A DNA stretch of 64,000 nt from positions 608,001-672,000 of the forward strand of contig CBDDBZ010000039.1 in assembly GCA_965225945.1 (NCBI GenBank), read 5' to 3'. Numbering within the stretch: the first letter of the stretch is position 1; each line of letters begins with the position of its first letter. The notes under the pieces are model-generated. The model was not told the DNA's origin. It saw nothing but the letters and a program-made list of their open reading frames with translations, and made no database searches. The DNA comes from Alphaproteobacteria bacterium. GTDB taxonomy: Bacteria > Pseudomonadota > Alphaproteobacteria > GCA-2731375. A program made the translations under genes and the position numbers. Shown here one piece after another: positions 62,224-64,000 of the stretch.

Positions 62224-63102
62224 ATGGTGAAGGTCGGTGAGTTCGAGTTGAGCCGGGTGGTCGAGATGGAATTTCCCTTCGTCGAGGCTTCGGCCTTCCT
62301 GCCCGATTCCACGCCCGAGGTGATCGAGGCCAATGCCGAGTGGCTCTATCCCCGCTACATGCAGCCGGGCGGGGACATGTGCAATTTCGCGTTCCAGTCC
62401 TACATCCTGCGCACAGCCCACCACACCATCCTGGTCGACACCTGCGTCGGCAACGACAAGCCGCGCCCGGCCCGGCCGATGTGGGACATGATGAACGGCC
62501 CCTATCTCGCCGACCTGGCGGCCGCCGGCGTCCAGCCGGAGGAAGTCGACTTCGTGCTCTGCACCCATCTCCACGTCGACCACGTGGGCTGGAACACCCG
62601 GCTCGTCGACGGCCGCTGGGTGCCGACCTTCCCCAACGCCAAATACGTCTTCGCGCGCAAGGAGCACGACTTCTGGGAGACCGGCTGGCGCGAGGGCACG
62701 ACGGGCCTGGTTCCCAACGTCTATGACGATAGCGTGCTTCCGGTGGTCGAGGCGGGACAGGCGGTGCTGGTCGATTGGGACCATCAGTTGGAGGACGGCG
62801 TCTCGCTGGAGCCGGCGCCGGGCCACACCCCGGGCAACATCGTGATCAACCTCGCCTCGGCCGGCGCCTCGGCGGTGCTGAGCGGCGATGTGGTGCACCA
62901 CCCCTTGCAACTGGTCCGCCCCGAATGGTCGAGCCGGGCCTGCGAGGACCAGGCGCTCTCGGCGACGACCCGGCGCGCGCTCTTGGAGAAGCACGCCGAC
63001 AGCGACACGCTCTTCTGCCCGGCGCACTTCGCCTCGCCCACCCTCGGCCACATCGTCTCCAAGGGCGACGCCTTCGCTTATGAGCTGCTGGGCGAGGGCT
63101 GA
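62224..63102 (+). CDS. MBL-fold metallo-hydrolase
   Basis: THLHVDHVGWNT, PGHTPG, GDVVH, PAHF. Confidence 0.92.
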   Translation: MVKVGEFELSRVVEMEFPFVEASAFLPDSTPEVIEANAEWLYPRYMQPGGDMCNFAFQSYILRTAHHTILVDTCVGNDKPRPARPMWDMMNGPYLADLAAAGVQPEEVDFVLCTHLHVDHVGWNTRLVDGRWVPTFPNAKYVFARKEHDFWETGWREGTTGLVPNVYDDSVLPVVEAGQAVLVDWDHQLEDGVSLEPAPGHTPGNIVINLASAGASAVLSGDVVHHPLQLVRPEWSSRACEDQALSATTRRALLEKHADSDTLFCPAHFASPTLGHIVSKGDAFAYELLGEG

Positions 63103-63167
63103 GCCGAGGCCGCGAGGCGCCGCGCGCCGTGGCGGGAAATCGACGCGGATGCTAATCTAGCGACGCG

Positions 63168-64000
63168 ATGGCCGATCTTTTCTTCGAGAAACCGATCCTC
63201 AACACTCCTTACGCGTTTCCGGCGAGGCACTGGGAACTCGATGGGGACGGTCAGCCGACCAACCAGATCCTGGAGACGCGCCGGCGCTCCGAGCTGATCT
63301 CCCCGGTGCCGAAGCCCAAGAAGCGCAAGAAGGCCAAGAACCAGGGCCAAGCCGAGATCGTCTTCGACGCCGGCGACGGGCTCTCCACCGTCGAGCAGGA
63401 GTACAACCGCACGATCGTCAACGAGGTTCGAGGCGCCGTCGATGCCTGGCGTGCGCTACCAAACCCGGACCAATGGCAGGTGACGCCGGAAACGGCGCGG
63501 CTTCTCCAGCACTGGCGCCATCATCGCTTCCAGGACATTCGCCCGTTCTTCTGCCAACTCGAGGCGGTGGAGACGGTGATCTGGTTGACCGAGGTCGCGC
63601 CGAGGCGAGGCGGTCGCGGCGCGCGGTTCTGGAAGCACCTGCGAGGCGCCAACGAGCAGGCGAACCCCGAACTCCTACGCCTCGCGCTCAAGCTTGCCAC
63701 GGGGGCCGGCAAGACTACGGTGATGGCGATGCTGATCGCCTGGCAGGTCGTCAATGCGGTTCGCCATCCGGGCGGCAGGCACTTCTCGCGGGGCTTCTTG
63801 ATCGTCACGCCCGGCATCACGATTCGCGACCGGCTCAGGGTGCTGCTCCCCAACGACCCCGAGAGCTACTACCGCAACCGCGAACTCGTCCCCACCGACA
63901 TGCTGGCCGAGATCGAGCGGGCCAAGATCGTCATCACCAACTTCCATGCCTTCAAGCTCCGAGAGCGGATGGACGTCTCGAAGGTCGGCCGCGCGCTGCT
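63168..64000 (+). CDS. Type III restriction enzyme Res subunit / DEAD-box helicase (3' truncated; not in ORF track)
   Basis: MADLFFEKPILNTPY..P.RHWELD, RPFFCQLEAVET, Walker A KLATGAGKTTVMAM, TPGITIRDRL. Confidence 0.88.
   Translation, partial: MADLFFEKPILNTPYAFPARHWELDGDGQPTNQILETRRRSELISPVPKPKKRKKAKNQGQAEIVFDAGDGLSTVEQEYNRTIVNEVRGAVDAWRALPNPDQWQVTPETARLLQHWRHHRFQDIRPFFCQLEAVETVIWLTEVAPRRGGRGARFWKHLRGANEQANPELLRLALKLATGAGKTTVMAMLIAWQVVNAVRHPGGRHFSRGFLIVTPGITIRDRLRVLLPNDPESYYRNRELVPTDMLAEIERAKIVITNFHAFKLRERMDVSKVGRAL

Overview
A GC-rich alphaproteobacterial chromosomal segment (Rhodospirillales-like gene content and order, inferred). Conserved core blocks are tolB-pal-cpoB-tilS, HAD-dapD-dapE, def-fmt-truA, def2-COQ9, mnmA, ccmCDE-(2-hydroxyacid dehydrogenase)-ccmFGHI, and pyrB-pyrC-plsY-dprA-topA-rnr-NUDIX x2-MFS-rpmG. 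Accessory DNA between them includes an orphan Rieske oxygenase pair, an SDR-type threonine dehydrogenase beside an IS6 scar, and a lower-GC islet with a cyclase-less CyaC-like heme/2Fe-2S membrane protein plus a frameshifted large MscS. It also has two class III cyclases, an MNT/HEPN toxin-antitoxin pair, a hydantoinase/oxoprolinase catabolic cluster (3 B subunits, 1 A subunit) and the start of a type III restriction Res gene. The strongest unexplained signal is in the 28.3-28.9 kb intergenic region: an AT-rich array of TGT-led motifs, a perfect sigma-54 promoter, and a ~130-nt multi-hairpin transcript with an anti-SD-like loop and an intrinsic terminator, i.e. a candidate sigma-54-dependent sRNA. 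A second highlight is an apparently circularly permuted, catalytically dead alpha/beta-hydrolase fused to a SAM methyltransferase. No tRNA, rRNA or CRISPR array was recognised. All calls come from reading the sequence and recalling family motifs; no searches were run.
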